Of a stretch of 43,551 nt of DNA, positions 16,874 through 26,304 are shown piece after piece; position 1 is the stretch's first letter, and each line of letters starts with the position of its first letter. The stretch is from Candidatus Zipacnadia bacterium. GTDB taxonomy: Bacteria > Armatimonadota > Zipacnadia > Zipacnadales > UBA5352. A model generated the notes under the pieces. That model ran no database searches and was not told where the DNA came from. It saw nothing but the letters and a program-made list of their open reading frames with translations. Made by a program: the position numbers and the translations under genes. The DNA lies in contig JALGTR010000002.1 of assembly GCA_029821265.1 (NCBI GenBank), positions 1 to 43,551 on the forward strand, given 5' to 3'.

Positions 16874-18315
16874 TGCGCAAGCACGGAGACATCTGGGTGC
16901 CTGAGACATACGCCGAGACCGCGCCAAAGCCGCGCACCGGCGAGGTGGCCACTGTCCGCAGCGACCCCGACTGGGATCAAGAGTGGATGGGCGAGGCGCG
17001 CACCAACCCCGACGAGATTCTGCGCAAGCGGGCCACCGAGTCCGGCGGCGACGCGATCAAACTCTACGACGAGATGGATCGCAAGGACCCCCAGCTCAGC
17101 TCGTTCGTGCAGACGCGCATCAACGGCGTGCTCAGCAAGGATCGACGCATCGTGCCCGGCGAGGACAGCGACGCTGCGCGGGCCATCGCCGAGGGTGCGC
17201 AGGCCATGTTCGACCGCATCCCGGACTTCGAGCAGGACCTGCGCGAGATGATGCGGGCCATCAGTCACGGCTTCTCCGTCGCCGAGGTCATGTGGCAGCG
17301 CAACGGCAACGCGCTCGACATCGCCGACCTCGTGTCGCGGCCTCAGCGCCGGTTCGATTTCGACATGGACTGGCGCCTGCGGATGCTCACCAAAGACAAC
17401 CAGGTCGACGGCGAGCCGGTCGAGAAGCGCTACCCGCGCAAGTTCCTCGTCCACACCCACAACCGCGCCGGCATGAACCGCTACGGTCGCGGCGAATACC
17501 AATTCGCCTACTGGCCCTACTTTTTTAAGAAGAACTGCCTCAAGTTTTGGGCGATCTTCATCGAGAAACGCGCCCTCCCGATCATCGTCGGTCGCTACGA
17601 CCGTGAGAATAGCGGCAAAGACCAACGAAGCGACATCAAGAAGGCGATCAGAGAGGTCGTGCATGACACGGGCATCATAATCCCCGACGACATCGAACTG
17701 GAGTTCGTCGAGGTCACGTCGAGCGTCCCCGTGCGCACGATGAAGGACTTCGTCGAACTCATGGCCGACTGGCAGGCACAGCGCATCCTCGGCCAGACGC
17801 TGACCACTGGCAAGGGCGCGGCTGGCCTCGGCCAGGGCGGCGTCGCCGCGCAGCACGGCGCGGTCCGCCAGGAATACATCGAGGCCGACTCGAAAGAGCT
17901 GCTGCCCGTGCTCGACCAGGCCGTGCGGTGGTATGTCGATGTGAACCACGGGCCGCAGGAGGCCTACCCTCACTGGCAGATCGACTACGAGCCAGCCAAA
18001 GACCTCAAGACCGCGGTCGAGGTGGACAAGGTTTTGATCGTAGACATGGGCCTGCCCGTTGTGGCCGAGGACATCTATGAAAAGTATGGGTGGCGGAAGC
18101 CCGAGGACGAGGACGAGCTGCTGACTCCCGCCGCGCCCAAGCCCAAAGCCGAGCCGTTCGGCGAGCTGTCGCCGCGGCAACAGCTCGCGCTCGGTCGCAT
18201 CGATCGAGACACTCAGCAGATCACCGGCGACGGTGTCGCCGATGGCAAGACCTTCTTCGACCAGTGGCGGCAAGCGCTGATCGAAGACCTAAAAAAAAAA
18301 GCGCCGACGAGCTGA
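16873..18315 (+). CDS. Portal protein (Mu gp29/DUF935-like)
   Basis: LYDEM..KD, A..HGFSVAEVMW, W..F.EK...P, ILGQTLT motifs. Confidence 0.92.
   Translation: MRKHGDIWVPETYAETAPKPRTGEVATVRSDPDWDQEWMGEARTNPDEILRKRATESGGDAIKLYDEMDRKDPQLSSFVQTRINGVLSKDRRIVPGEDSDAARAIAEGAQAMFDRIPDFEQDLREMMRAISHGFSVAEVMWQRNGNALDIADLVSRPQRRFDFDMDWRLRMLTKDNQVDGEPVEKRYPRKFLVHTHNRAGMNRYGRGEYQFAYWPYFFKKNCLKFWAIFIEKRALPIIVGRYDRENSGKDQRSDIKKAIREVVHDTGIIIPDDIELEFVEVTSSVPVRTMKDFVELMADWQAQRILGQTLTTGKGAAGLGQGGVAAQHGAVRQEYIEADSKELLPVLDQAVRWYVDVNHGPQEAYPHWQIDYEPAKDLKTAVEVDKVLIVDMGLPVVAEDIYEKYGWRKPEDEDELLTPAAPKPKAEPFGELSPRQQLALGRIDRDTQQITGDGVADGKTFFDQWRQALIEDLKKKAPTS
18291..18300 (+). other. A10 slippery tract at the portal/MuF junction
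   Basis: CT-AAAAAAAAAA-GCG 15 nt before the end of the portal ORF; the -1 frame is open and continues into MuF. Confidence 0.7.
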
Positions 18316-19061
18316 CTGGCCTCCGCCTGCCGACGCTTCGCTCTTTGAAACTTGACGTTCCGTTCGCCGACCTGGTGCGCGATGTCAATGTGCTCGCGGG
18401 CCTCACCGCTCACTATCACGTGTGCGAGGAGGTGCGCGAGGCCACGGGCATCGACGTTCGCGCCGAGCGCTTCGCTGCCGACTACACCGACGCGATCGAC
18501 TGGACGCTCAGCAAGACGGCCATGACCCGCGACGCGTTCGACGCGCTGACCCTGGTCGAGCAGGCCAACGCGTTCACCGTGGCGCGGATCACCGACGAGG
18601 TCGTGATCGGCCGCATCCAGAAGGCGGTCGGCAAGGCCGTGGCCGAAGGCCTCGACATGGAGACCTTCCGCCAGCGCGTCGATGGCATCGTGTCGAGCGC
18701 CGGGCTCGACACGCTCAACCCGTGGCACCTCGAGACGATCTTCCGCACGAACGTGCAGGACGCCTACGGCGCCGGCCGCTGGGAGGCCTTCAACGCGCCG
18801 GGCGTCGACGAGCATATCCTCGGCTACGAGTATGTGACCGCGGGCGACGACCGAGTCCGCGAGACGCATCAACAGATGGACGGCAACGTCTATACCAAGA
18901 ACGATCCGGTGTGGAGTATCTGGTGGCCCCCGAACGGCTTCATGTGCCGCTGCCAGGTGCTCCCCGTGTTCGCCGGCGAGCGCATGACACTGAGCGAGCC
19001 GCCGATGTATAAGCCCGACCTCGGGTTCGAGCGCAACCCAGCATGGAAGACAGCCGCATGA
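18299..19061 (+). CDS. Minor head protein MuF (gp30/SPP1 gp7-like); start uncertain, probably fused to portal
   Basis: AFTVA, LETIFRTNVQ.AY.AGRW, Y.TAGD.RVR..H, PPNGF.CRC and PD.GF..NP motifs. No ATG with SD near the junction. Confidence 0.88.
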
Positions 19062-19762
19062 GCCTGGCAACCGTAAAAGCACGAATCCTCGATGATGGCA
19101 CTCGCAAGCGCCTCAACGCCGCGGCCGACGCGTGCGCGGGCAAGAGCGCCCGGCTGGAAGAGGGCTTCCGCCTCGCCGGCGTGCGCTTCCTCCGCGACAC
19201 GCAGCGCGAGTTCAAGAAGTTGTCGCGGCGCGAGCGCCGCGGCTGGAAGAAGCTCAGCCCGGTCACCGTGCTCCAGCGCCGACGCGGACGCGGCAAGAAG
19301 ATCGAGGATTGGGACGACATCGAGCGACGCCGGTCGGAGATAGCGATCCTCAACGATTCTGGCCGCCTCGCCGCGAGCCTGTCGCCTGGCGCCACGGGCA
19401 ATGTGCTCAAGGTCAAGCGGCTGTCGGTCGAGTGTGGCACGAACGTGAGTTACGCGGACACGCATCAGCGTGGCAAGCGTTCCACGTTCGAGTTCGACGA
19501 GGGACAGTTCGAGAAGAACGTCAAGAAGATTTTACCGGGCAAGAAGCCCAAGAAGACCGCGAGCGGCAAGAAGTCGCGAGCTAAACGGAACTGGAACACG
19601 ATGTATTTCGTCGCCCGCAACTGGCTCCGCCGGCTCGACGGCAAGCGCTTCAAGGTTCCCAAGCGCGTCATTATCCGCAAGCCGACGCGTGCTCAGGTCG
19701 CCCAATACGTGGCGCCCATCACACGGGCCATCAACGCCGTGCTGCGTGGAAGGGCGCAATGA
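19058..19762 (+). CDS. Virion morphogenesis protein (Mu gpG-like)
   Basis: W..LSP.T, IL.DSGRL..S, GTNV.YA..HQ.G and VP.R motifs. ATGA coupling. Confidence 0.8.
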   Translation: MSLATVKARILDDGTRKRLNAAADACAGKSARLEEGFRLAGVRFLRDTQREFKKLSRRERRGWKKLSPVTVLQRRRGRGKKIEDWDDIERRRSEIAILNDSGRLAASLSPGATGNVLKVKRLSVECGTNVSYADTHQRGKRSTFEFDEGQFEKNVKKILPGKKPKKTASGKKSRAKRNWNTMYFVARNWLRRLDGKRFKVPKRVIIRKPTRAQVAQYVAPITRAINAVLRGRAQ

Positions 19763-19828
19763 GGAGTCCGCGTGCGCCCTGGACGATCATGGACGGCTTG
19801 CTGGCGAAAACAGAGAGAGGTTAGACCC

Positions 19829-21190
19829 ATGCCGAACACGAAACAACATAGCGCAGTAATCCGAGACGCGAAAGCGTTCGATGCCGACAGCCTCCGGGCC
19901 AAGCCGCTGGATGCCGGCGTATCGCTCGTCGTGGGCAAACTGCGCGGCGGCGACGGCATGGAGAAGGTCCAGGGCTACCAGTTCGCCGAGGGGCAGTTCA
20001 GCGCGACGCAGGCGCGTGGCTGGCTCAAGGATCGCGGGGTAGCGAGCTACATGTTCGCCCCCGCCGATGCCGCCGCGGAGACGTTCGCGGAGATCCGCGA
20101 CATGGAGATCTTCGAGGCAGGCACTTACCGCGGGAAGGTCTATACCAACAAAGACCTCGACAAGATCATCGACAATTTCCGCCAGAGCCCCGTCGAACCC
20201 CCGTTGGTCGTCGGGCACGGCGAAGATCAAGAGTTCCTCAAGCGTGAGGGCCTGCCCGCGGCGGGATGGCTGACCGCGCTCAAGCGGGTAGGCAGCAAGT
20301 TGGTGGCCTCGTTCGGAGACGTGCCTCGGGTGATTGCCGAGGCCATCGAGCGCAAGGCCTACAAGCAACGGTCGGCCGAAATCTATCACGACTTCCAGGG
20401 GCGCGGCATGACGTTGCGGCGCGTGGCGCTGCTCGGCGCCGACGTCCCCGAAGTCAAGACCTTGTCCGACGCGGTTGCGCTCTACGGAGACGACGACCCC
20501 GACTACGAGACTCACGAGTTCGCAGCGGCAGATGGCGACGCCATAGTCACCCTGCCGCGCTCAGCACAACCCACGGGAGATAAACCCATGCCCGAAGCAA
20601 CCAACGAACAGCCTCGGACGTTCACCGAGGACCAGATGCAGACGCTCATCAACGCGTCCGTCCAGAAAGCCGTCACAGAGCAGACCACCAAGCTCTCCGA
20701 GCAGGTCACCAAGCTCACCACCGAGCGCGACGACCTCAAGAAGAAATCCGAGCAGCACTCCGAGGCCGAGGCCAAGCACGCGGCCGAGTTGCACAAGATC
20801 GAGCTGGAGCGCTTCATCGAGAAGCTCAAGACCGCCGGCACGCTCCCGCCCGCGTTCGAGAAAATGGGCCTGATCAAGTTCATGGCCAGCCTCGATCACG
20901 GCGAAGGCGACGACGTTGCGGTCGTCGAGTTCGGCGAGAAGGAAGAGAAGGTCGCCCAGCTCGCCTGGTTCGAGAAGTTCCTCGAGCAACTGCCCAAGGT
21001 CGTCACGTTCGAGGAGGTCGCGCCCGACGCGTCCTCGCCCGACGATGACGATGCGGGCAAGGGCGACCTGCCGAAGACGATGGACGACAAGCCCGTCGAC
21101 CCCGAGTCGGCCAAGCTCGTGGCCAAGGCCGAGGCGTATGCCGAGAAACACGAGTGCGACTTCGAGACCGCGCTCATCGCGGTGAGCTGA
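19829..21190 (+). CDS. Prohead protease/scaffold (Mu gpI-like)
   Basis: EIF.AG, PLVVGH, PAAGW, YKQRSAE and VALLGA..P.VK.L, followed by an acidic coiled-coil scaffold region. Confidence 0.88.
   Translation: MPNTKQHSAVIRDAKAFDADSLRAKPLDAGVSLVVGKLRGGDGMEKVQGYQFAEGQFSATQARGWLKDRGVASYMFAPADAAAETFAEIRDMEIFEAGTYRGKVYTNKDLDKIIDNFRQSPVEPPLVVGHGEDQEFLKREGLPAAGWLTALKRVGSKLVASFGDVPRVIAEAIERKAYKQRSAEIYHDFQGRGMTLRRVALLGADVPEVKTLSDAVALYGDDDPDYETHEFAAADGDAIVTLPRSAQPTGDKPMPEATNEQPRTFTEDQMQTLINASVQKAVTEQTTKLSEQVTKLTTERDDLKKKSEQHSEAEAKHAAELHKIELERFIEKLKTAGTLPPAFEKMGLIKFMASLDHGEGDDVAVVEFGEKEEKVAQLAWFEKFLEQLPKVVTFEEVAPDASSPDDDDAGKGDLPKTMDDKPVDPESAKLVAKAEAYAEKHECDFETALIAVS
20588..21190 (+). CDS. Nested in-frame scaffold protein (Mu gpZ-like)
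   Basis: GGGAGA SD 7 nt before an in-frame ATG at 20588, just after the protease domain. Confidence 0.65.
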   Translation: MPEATNEQPRTFTEDQMQTLINASVQKAVTEQTTKLSEQVTKLTTERDDLKKKSEQHSEAEAKHAAELHKIELERFIEKLKTAGTLPPAFEKMGLIKFMASLDHGEGDDVAVVEFGEKEEKVAQLAWFEKFLEQLPKVVTFEEVAPDASSPDDDDAGKGDLPKTMDDKPVDPESAKLVAKAEAYAEKHECDFETALIAVS

Positions 21191-21250
21191 CCCGACCGAT
21201 CTAACCCGCCACGAACGTGGCAGCCCATAGCATCAGAGGAGTAATACCTC

Positions 21251-21640
21251 ATGTCTGCAAAAGTCCGAAACAAGCCTTCCGAGATCGTGGGTGGCGTGGC
21301 CACTGGCACGTTCACGAAGCACTACGCGGCCGTGCGCGACGCAACCGATCCCGAGAAGTTCGCGCAGGCGGACGCCATCAACGATGGCGAGATCGCCGGC
21401 CTCTTCATGAACTCCGGCGTGGCCGGCGACATCGCCCAGGTCTGCTCGGGCGGCTACTTCCCCGGCAAGGCCGGCGACACCTCCGCTGTGAGCGGCCGCA
21501 TTGCGGTCGCCAACGCGGCCGGCAAGATCATCGGCTACGCGGCCGGCTCGACCGGCGTGAACGCGGTTGGCGAGATCTGGAGCGACGCGGCCGCGGCCGA
21601 CGAACTCGTCACGATTCGCGTTGCCCCCACGATCCGCTGA
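21251..21640 (+). CDS. Capsid cement/decoration protein (DUF2190-like)
   Basis: Ala/Gly-rich 129 aa between scaffold and capsid; ends A.AADE.V.I.V; GAGGAG SD. Confidence 0.7.
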   Translation: MSAKVRNKPSEIVGGVATGTFTKHYAAVRDATDPEKFAQADAINDGEIAGLFMNSGVAGDIAQVCSGGYFPGKAGDTSAVSGRIAVANAAGKIIGYAAGSTGVNAVGEIWSDAAAADELVTIRVAPTIR

Positions 21641-21645
21641 TCCCA

Positions 21646-21706
21646 ATGGAGCACAGTCGCCCCCGACTGTGTTCCTTTCCCCCAGCCGAGGGCGGCTGGG
21701 CTCCAT
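21646..21706 (+). repeat. REPIN-like double-hairpin element, copy 1
   Basis: ATGGAG-CACAGTCG-CCCC-CGACTGTG-spacer-CCCAGCCG-AGGG-CGGCTGGG-CTCCAT, near-identical to the copies at 31201 and 41803. Confidence 0.9.
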
Positions 21707-21780
21707 GTGCCGCGGTGATGGACCGTGATCTAACTTCTGGCCCTCACGGGTCGCCCTTGGCCGAACGATAGGAGCTAATC

Positions 21781-22728
21781 ATGCCCACGGCTAAGGATGT
21801 CCATGTCAACGCAGCGTTGTCCAATTTCGCTGTCAAGAAAGGCGTCGGCGGCGGTTTCGTCGCGGACGAGCTGTTCCCGGTCGTCCCTGTCAAGAAAAAC
21901 TCGGACGAGTACTACGTGTATGCGCAGGACGAGATGGACGACGACGTCGAGACCGCCGTCTCCGAGCGCGAGCTGGCGAACGAAATCGACTGGTCGACCT
22001 CGACGGCGGAGTATCTCCTCGTCAAGCACAAGCTCCGGCACTTCGTGTCGGACGACGTGATGGCCAACGCGGACAAGCCGCTGCGTCCGAAGATGCGAGC
22101 GACCGAGCTGCTCGTCCGCCGGCTCAGGATGGGCGTCGAGAAGCGTGTCCGCGATCTCGTGGTGGACACCACCACGATCACCAACGCCACGCCCGCCGTC
22201 AAATGGGACGCTGGGGCCGCGGTCGTGATCGAGAAAAACATCGACGACGCCAAAGAGGCCTTCGCGGTCGCGGCGGGCGTCGAGCCCAACATCATCGTGA
22301 TCCCGCCCGCGGTCGCGAAGGTGATGAAGCGCGACAGCACCGTCCGCGAGCTGATCAAGTATACGCAGAGCAACCTGCTCGTGAACGGTGACCTGCCCCC
22401 GACGGTGTTCAATCTCCGGGTCGTCATCCCCGGCGCGCTCGCCAACTCCGCCAACGCCGGCCTCACGCAGAACGTGGCGCGGCTGTGGTCGGATGACAAG
22501 GTCATCCTGGCCTACGTCGAGCCAAACCCAGGCACGGAGGCCATGACCGCTGGCGTGCAGGTCCGCAAGACCCACGGCCAGACCGCCAAGGGCGTGCAGA
22601 TGACCATCCCGGTCAAAGAGTATCGCGTGCCCGGGCTCGACGGCGTGTTCGTCGAGGCAGGCTTCAAGGTCGACGAGGTCGTCGTGTGCAGCGATGCCCT
22701 CTACATCCTCAACGATGTGCTCACCTAA
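21781..22728 (+). CDS. Major capsid protein
   Basis: LSNFAV, A.ELFPVVPV, E.RV..LV, KWD, G..PN...I motifs and C-terminal Y.L.DV; position after scaffold and cement genes. Confidence 0.88.
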   Translation: MPTAKDVHVNAALSNFAVKKGVGGGFVADELFPVVPVKKNSDEYYVYAQDEMDDDVETAVSERELANEIDWSTSTAEYLLVKHKLRHFVSDDVMANADKPLRPKMRATELLVRRLRMGVEKRVRDLVVDTTTITNATPAVKWDAGAAVVIEKNIDDAKEAFAVAAGVEPNIIVIPPAVAKVMKRDSTVRELIKYTQSNLLVNGDLPPTVFNLRVVIPGALANSANAGLTQNVARLWSDDKVILAYVEPNPGTEAMTAGVQVRKTHGQTAKGVQMTIPVKEYRVPGLDGVFVEAGFKVDEVVVCSDALYILNDVLT

Positions 22729-22746
22729 ACGGTGCGGTGCGTGCCA

Positions 22747-22781
22747 GGGCTGGGTGGGTGCCCCTCCTTCCCACCCAGCCC
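22747..22781 (+). terminator. Hairpin after the capsid gene (terminator or processing site)
   Basis: GGGCTGGGTGGG / CCCACCCAGCCC 12-bp stem with a weak T-tail, immediately before the tRNA. Confidence 0.55.
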
Positions 22782-22787
22782 GCTTAT

Positions 22788-22858
22788 AGCAGGGTAGAGT
22801 AACGGTCACTCAGCGGCTTCATGAGCCGCCCAAGCGGGTTCGACTCCCGCCCCTGCCA
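22788..22858 (+). tRNA. tRNA-Met(CAT), initiator-like, no encoded CCA
   Basis: Cloverleaf: acceptor AGCAGGG/CCCTGCC+A73, D-stem GAGT/ACTC with GG loop, anticodon stem GCGGC/GCCGC with loop TT-CAT-GA, T-arm GCGGG-TTCGACT-CCCGC. Confidence 0.88.
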
Positions 22859-22893
22859 AGTAGTCGGCAACCCCAACTGACCGGAAGTGCAGC

Positions 22894-23916
22894 ATGGCGA
22901 CGTACTGGAAAATTGAATGCGACCCGAGCGCGATCATCGGCGCTGCGCTGACTGACCAGGCAGTGGTCCTGCCCGCGGCTCCCGCTGGGCTCATTACAGA
23001 TTGCGGCGGGACGCTTAAAGACAACGTGGCCATTTCTGATACCCCGGGCGGCAGCCCGTTCAAGTATGGCGTCGAGGATAACAGCATCATCCACGTCAAC
23101 GCGGACATCGCTGACGCGTCACAGTACTTCTGGGCGCGGGCGGAAGCGAATGCCGAGGACAAATCCGGCGTGCCTAGCAGCGACACCGAGTGCTACTGGC
23201 CTCTCGGTGAGTCGAGTAGCCCCGCGGTCAACTGGGCGAACGCGGGCACGCTTGATGGCGTGGGTGTGGGTTCACCGACGTGGGGCGCGGCTGGCCAGAT
23301 TGGTGACGCGGTGGCGTTCAATGGCAGCACGCAGTACTTGGTCCATGGAAACTACCAATTCCCCGCGGCTGTAACCATAGGCTTCTGGGCCAACTGGAAC
23401 TTATCTACCGAGCAGATTGGATTTCCCATTGCAACTGGGGCTTCGAATGCAGCGAACACCTATGGGGTATTCATCTACAAGGTCGACGCAACACACGTTC
23501 GGATCGACCTCTACTTTTTCGCAAATAGCAGCCATTGGCGAGATTGGACGTGGCTCTATACTGATGCTGCGGTGCCGGACAATACTTGGTACAGAATTCT
23601 CATTTCGCAGGCCAGCGCGCTTGCTACTCCAGACCTCTATCTGAATGGAGTTCTCCAGGGAGCGCCATCTCTAGGGTCTGCTGGGACTCCGACCCGCAGC
23701 ACCCAGGCGTTAGCAATTGGGCGACGCGGCGCATACGATCTCCAGAACTTTTCCGGCACTATTGACGCGGCGTTTATCTGCGCACGGGTGCTGTCGAGCG
23801 ACGAGGCGACCTTCGACCACGCCTGCGGCACGGGCAGCATTTTCGGAGCGTGGCAAGAGGTGCCAGACACGGTCGTGATCCCGCCGCTGTTCAACCGACT
23901 CGCGATTGGAGCCTAA
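22894..23916 (+). CDS. LamG/concanavalin A-like domain structural protein
   Basis: YWPLGE, GQIG.A..FNG..QY, T...W, LYLNG, L.IGRR, F.G.ID...I..RVLS..E: LamG_3 pattern. Confidence 0.8.
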   Translation: MATYWKIECDPSAIIGAALTDQAVVLPAAPAGLITDCGGTLKDNVAISDTPGGSPFKYGVEDNSIIHVNADIADASQYFWARAEANAEDKSGVPSSDTECYWPLGESSSPAVNWANAGTLDGVGVGSPTWGAAGQIGDAVAFNGSTQYLVHGNYQFPAAVTIGFWANWNLSTEQIGFPIATGASNAANTYGVFIYKVDATHVRIDLYFFANSSHWRDWTWLYTDAAVPDNTWYRILISQASALATPDLYLNGVLQGAPSLGSAGTPTRSTQALAIGRRGAYDLQNFSGTIDAAFICARVLSSDEATFDHACGTGSIFGAWQEVPDTVVIPPLFNRLAIGA

Positions 23917-23919
23917 CCC

Positions 23920-25272
23920 ATGCCAACCAAAGGCCAGAGCTTCACCGCGCACGTGCTCATCTGGAATACAGCGGACAACGAGCCACGCGCCAACGACGCG
24001 GCCAATCTCACGCTCAAGCTGGTGCGTGACGGGCAGGCCGCGGTGGGCGCGGGCAACTCCCCCGCAGACGTGGACAACGGCATCGTCTCGCTCGTGGTGA
24101 CCGCGGGCGAGGCCGGCAGTTACAACCTCATCACGGTCGAGGGGGTGAGCAGCACCGGCGACACGGTGGTCATCCCGATTAGCTACGCGATGGTGGACGC
24201 GCCCGCGCTCGCCGCGCATTGGACCGAGGCGCGGGCGGGCTACCAAGACAATCTCAACATCGGCGAGAACGTCGCGGGCACGTCGGAAGTGACCGCGATC
24301 CAGAACAACACCCGATGCGTGCGCGTGGTGCCAGCCATCCTCGAACGCCCCGACACTGGCAGCACCGTGTTCATGCTGCACCTCTACCTCTACGACACCG
24401 AGGGCAAGATGGAGGCCCCCGACGCCGCGCCGACCATCCACGCCTACGGCCCGGCGGACGCGAGCCGCGACAGCAACCTCGACTCCACGACCATGACGCT
24501 GGTCGGGACGGGTCACTACAAGAGCACCTATACCGCGGCGAGCGACCATGCCATCGAGCAGGTGCGCTTCGAGTTCAGCGTGGTCGAGGGCGGCGAGACG
24601 CTCAAGTTCGGCAACACCGCGCAGGTCGTCGATACGACCGCTGTGGACTTCACCGCGGCGGACCGCACGAAGCTCGAAGCGATCAACGGTAAGCTCCCCT
24701 CGGGCACCATCAGCGACTTCGACGAGACGACCGACAGCGTGACGATCACCACTGCCGCACAGACGAGCCTCGTCGCTGCCATCTGGGCATACACCGGCGC
24801 GCCGGCAGTGACGCTGCTCAGCAACCTCGCCACCTACTTCTGGGAGACGTTCACCAACCGCACGCTCACCCGCGCCGCGGCCGCGGACGAGATCGCCGCC
24901 GCCGGCACGACAGTCACCCATGCGGTCGCAAACAGCCCATACTCGCAGACCGCCAAGCTCATCACCGTCGACCAACACTCGGCGTCGACCGTGACGTTCA
25001 CGATCTACCTCGATGGCTCGGTGCGCGACGTGTCGAGCTACACGTTCGCACTCACCGCCTACGGCGACAAGAACACGCTGCTCTTCTCTAAGAGCCACAG
25101 CGACTTCGTCGTTACAGGCGCGGCGAGCGGTGTGATCCGCGTGCCGTGGTCTGCCGCCGACCTCGCCACCGCCTGCCGTGCGGGACGCGTCGAGCTGAAG
25201 ATGAGCAAGACCGGCGAGAGCGAGCGCCCGCTCAAGCGCCGCCTCACGATCAAATCCTCTGACCAGAGCTAA
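23920..25272 (+). CDS. Putative virion structural protein (multi-domain, beta-rich, BppU-like C-terminal domain)
   Basis: Thr/Ala-rich beta domains; C-terminal D.S.YT.....A..G.I.V.W...D pattern; within the late operon. Confidence 0.6.
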   Translation: MPTKGQSFTAHVLIWNTADNEPRANDAANLTLKLVRDGQAAVGAGNSPADVDNGIVSLVVTAGEAGSYNLITVEGVSSTGDTVVIPISYAMVDAPALAAHWTEARAGYQDNLNIGENVAGTSEVTAIQNNTRCVRVVPAILERPDTGSTVFMLHLYLYDTEGKMEAPDAAPTIHAYGPADASRDSNLDSTTMTLVGTGHYKSTYTAASDHAIEQVRFEFSVVEGGETLKFGNTAQVVDTTAVDFTAADRTKLEAINGKLPSGTISDFDETTDSVTITTAAQTSLVAAIWAYTGAPAVTLLSNLATYFWETFTNRTLTRAAAADEIAAAGTTVTHAVANSPYSQTAKLITVDQHSASTVTFTIYLDGSVRDVSSYTFALTAYGDKNTLLFSKSHSDFVVTGAASGVIRVPWSAADLATACRAGRVELKMSKTGESERPLKRRLTIKSSDQS

Positions 25273-25276
25273 CACC

Positions 25277-25759
25277 ATGGCCATCATCGACAGAGACATC
25301 CTCTATCAGGTCGCCGCGGCCAAGCGCGTCCGCCTCCACGTCGACGACGACAACGATGGCATCGTGTCCGACGAGGAGGAGGAGAACATCACGCAAGCGA
25401 TGAGCGCGGCAGAGTCCGACGTGATGGGCAAGATCGGCGGCGAGTTCGCTCAGGCCACGATCGAGGCCAACGACTTCGTCACCGAGATCACCGCGCTCCG
25501 TGCGATTTTCTATCTCAACCAGCGCCGGCCTCCGTTGCAGAAGGGCGTCTTCGAGCTGTTCGAGTGGACCGGCCGCATGCTCGACGAGCTGCGCACGGGC
25601 AAGCGCGACCTCTGGGACGGCTCGGCCGTGGCGCCGAGGATCGAGGCGTTCGTTCAAAGCACAACCGCCGACCAGCAACCGATCTTCAGCCAGACCGAAT
25701 ACGACACAGACGGCGAAGAGATGGAGCCTGACGTTAAAGGCACACTGGACGAATACTGA
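25277..25759 (+). CDS. Head-tail adaptor (Mu gp36/DUF1320-like)
   Basis: I..A...A...V.G.I, A...L..RR and L..L..GK..L pattern; synteny. Confidence 0.75.
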   Translation: MAIIDRDILYQVAAAKRVRLHVDDDNDGIVSDEEEENITQAMSAAESDVMGKIGGEFAQATIEANDFVTEITALRAIFYLNQRRPPLQKGVFELFEWTGRMLDELRTGKRDLWDGSAVAPRIEAFVQSTTADQQPIFSQTEYDTDGEEMEPDVKGTLDEY

Positions 25760-26289
25760 TGAAGAGCAAATTCGAGATAGCGTTCGACGCGATCACGGCC
25801 GCGTTCCAAGCGGACGAGAACCTCGCGGCCGCCATCGACGAGATGCAGGGCCGCTGGATCTTCTACGAGAACGTCGACGATGACTACCCGATGGGCTCGG
25901 ACGATGCCCAGGGCATCAACGCCGCGGACCTGCCGTGCGTCATCCTGCGCATGACCGACTGCGACTGGGACTGGCCGTTCAACGTGCCCATGGTCTTCCC
26001 GCTCACCACGCTCGTGGACATCCGCGTCGGCGAGCAGGATCAGCGCAAGGCCGTGCGGCTCTTCGCCCACGTGCTCCAGGTGATCTGCGACCAGGCCGAC
26101 ACGAACTGGTCGCTCAACGGCGACGACGACAACCCCGCCTGCGACAAGACCGAAGTCAAGGGCATGTCGATGAAAAACTTGGCGAACGAAGAAGAGGCCG
26201 GCGGCACGTGCTGGCAGATCACCTTCAACCTCACCCTGCATCTGCGTATCAATCCCAATTCGACAGGCCTCTTCGAGGCCACCTCTTAA
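25759..26289 (+). CDS. Putative tail terminator/neck protein
   Basis: Acidic 176 aa between adaptor and tube; DLPCVIL motif; TGATG coupling. Confidence 0.6.
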   Translation: MKSKFEIAFDAITAAFQADENLAAAIDEMQGRWIFYENVDDDYPMGSDDAQGINAADLPCVILRMTDCDWDWPFNVPMVFPLTTLVDIRVGEQDQRKAVRLFAHVLQVICDQADTNWSLNGDDDNPACDKTEVKGMSMKNLANEEEAGGTCWQITFNLTLHLRINPNSTGLFEATS

Positions 26290-26304
26290 CGAGGAGGAGC
26301 GACC

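Noticed and set aside
22788-22858. tRNA as an integration (att) site
   Set aside because: No integrase and no duplicated tRNA 3' end; the element has transposon-type ends.
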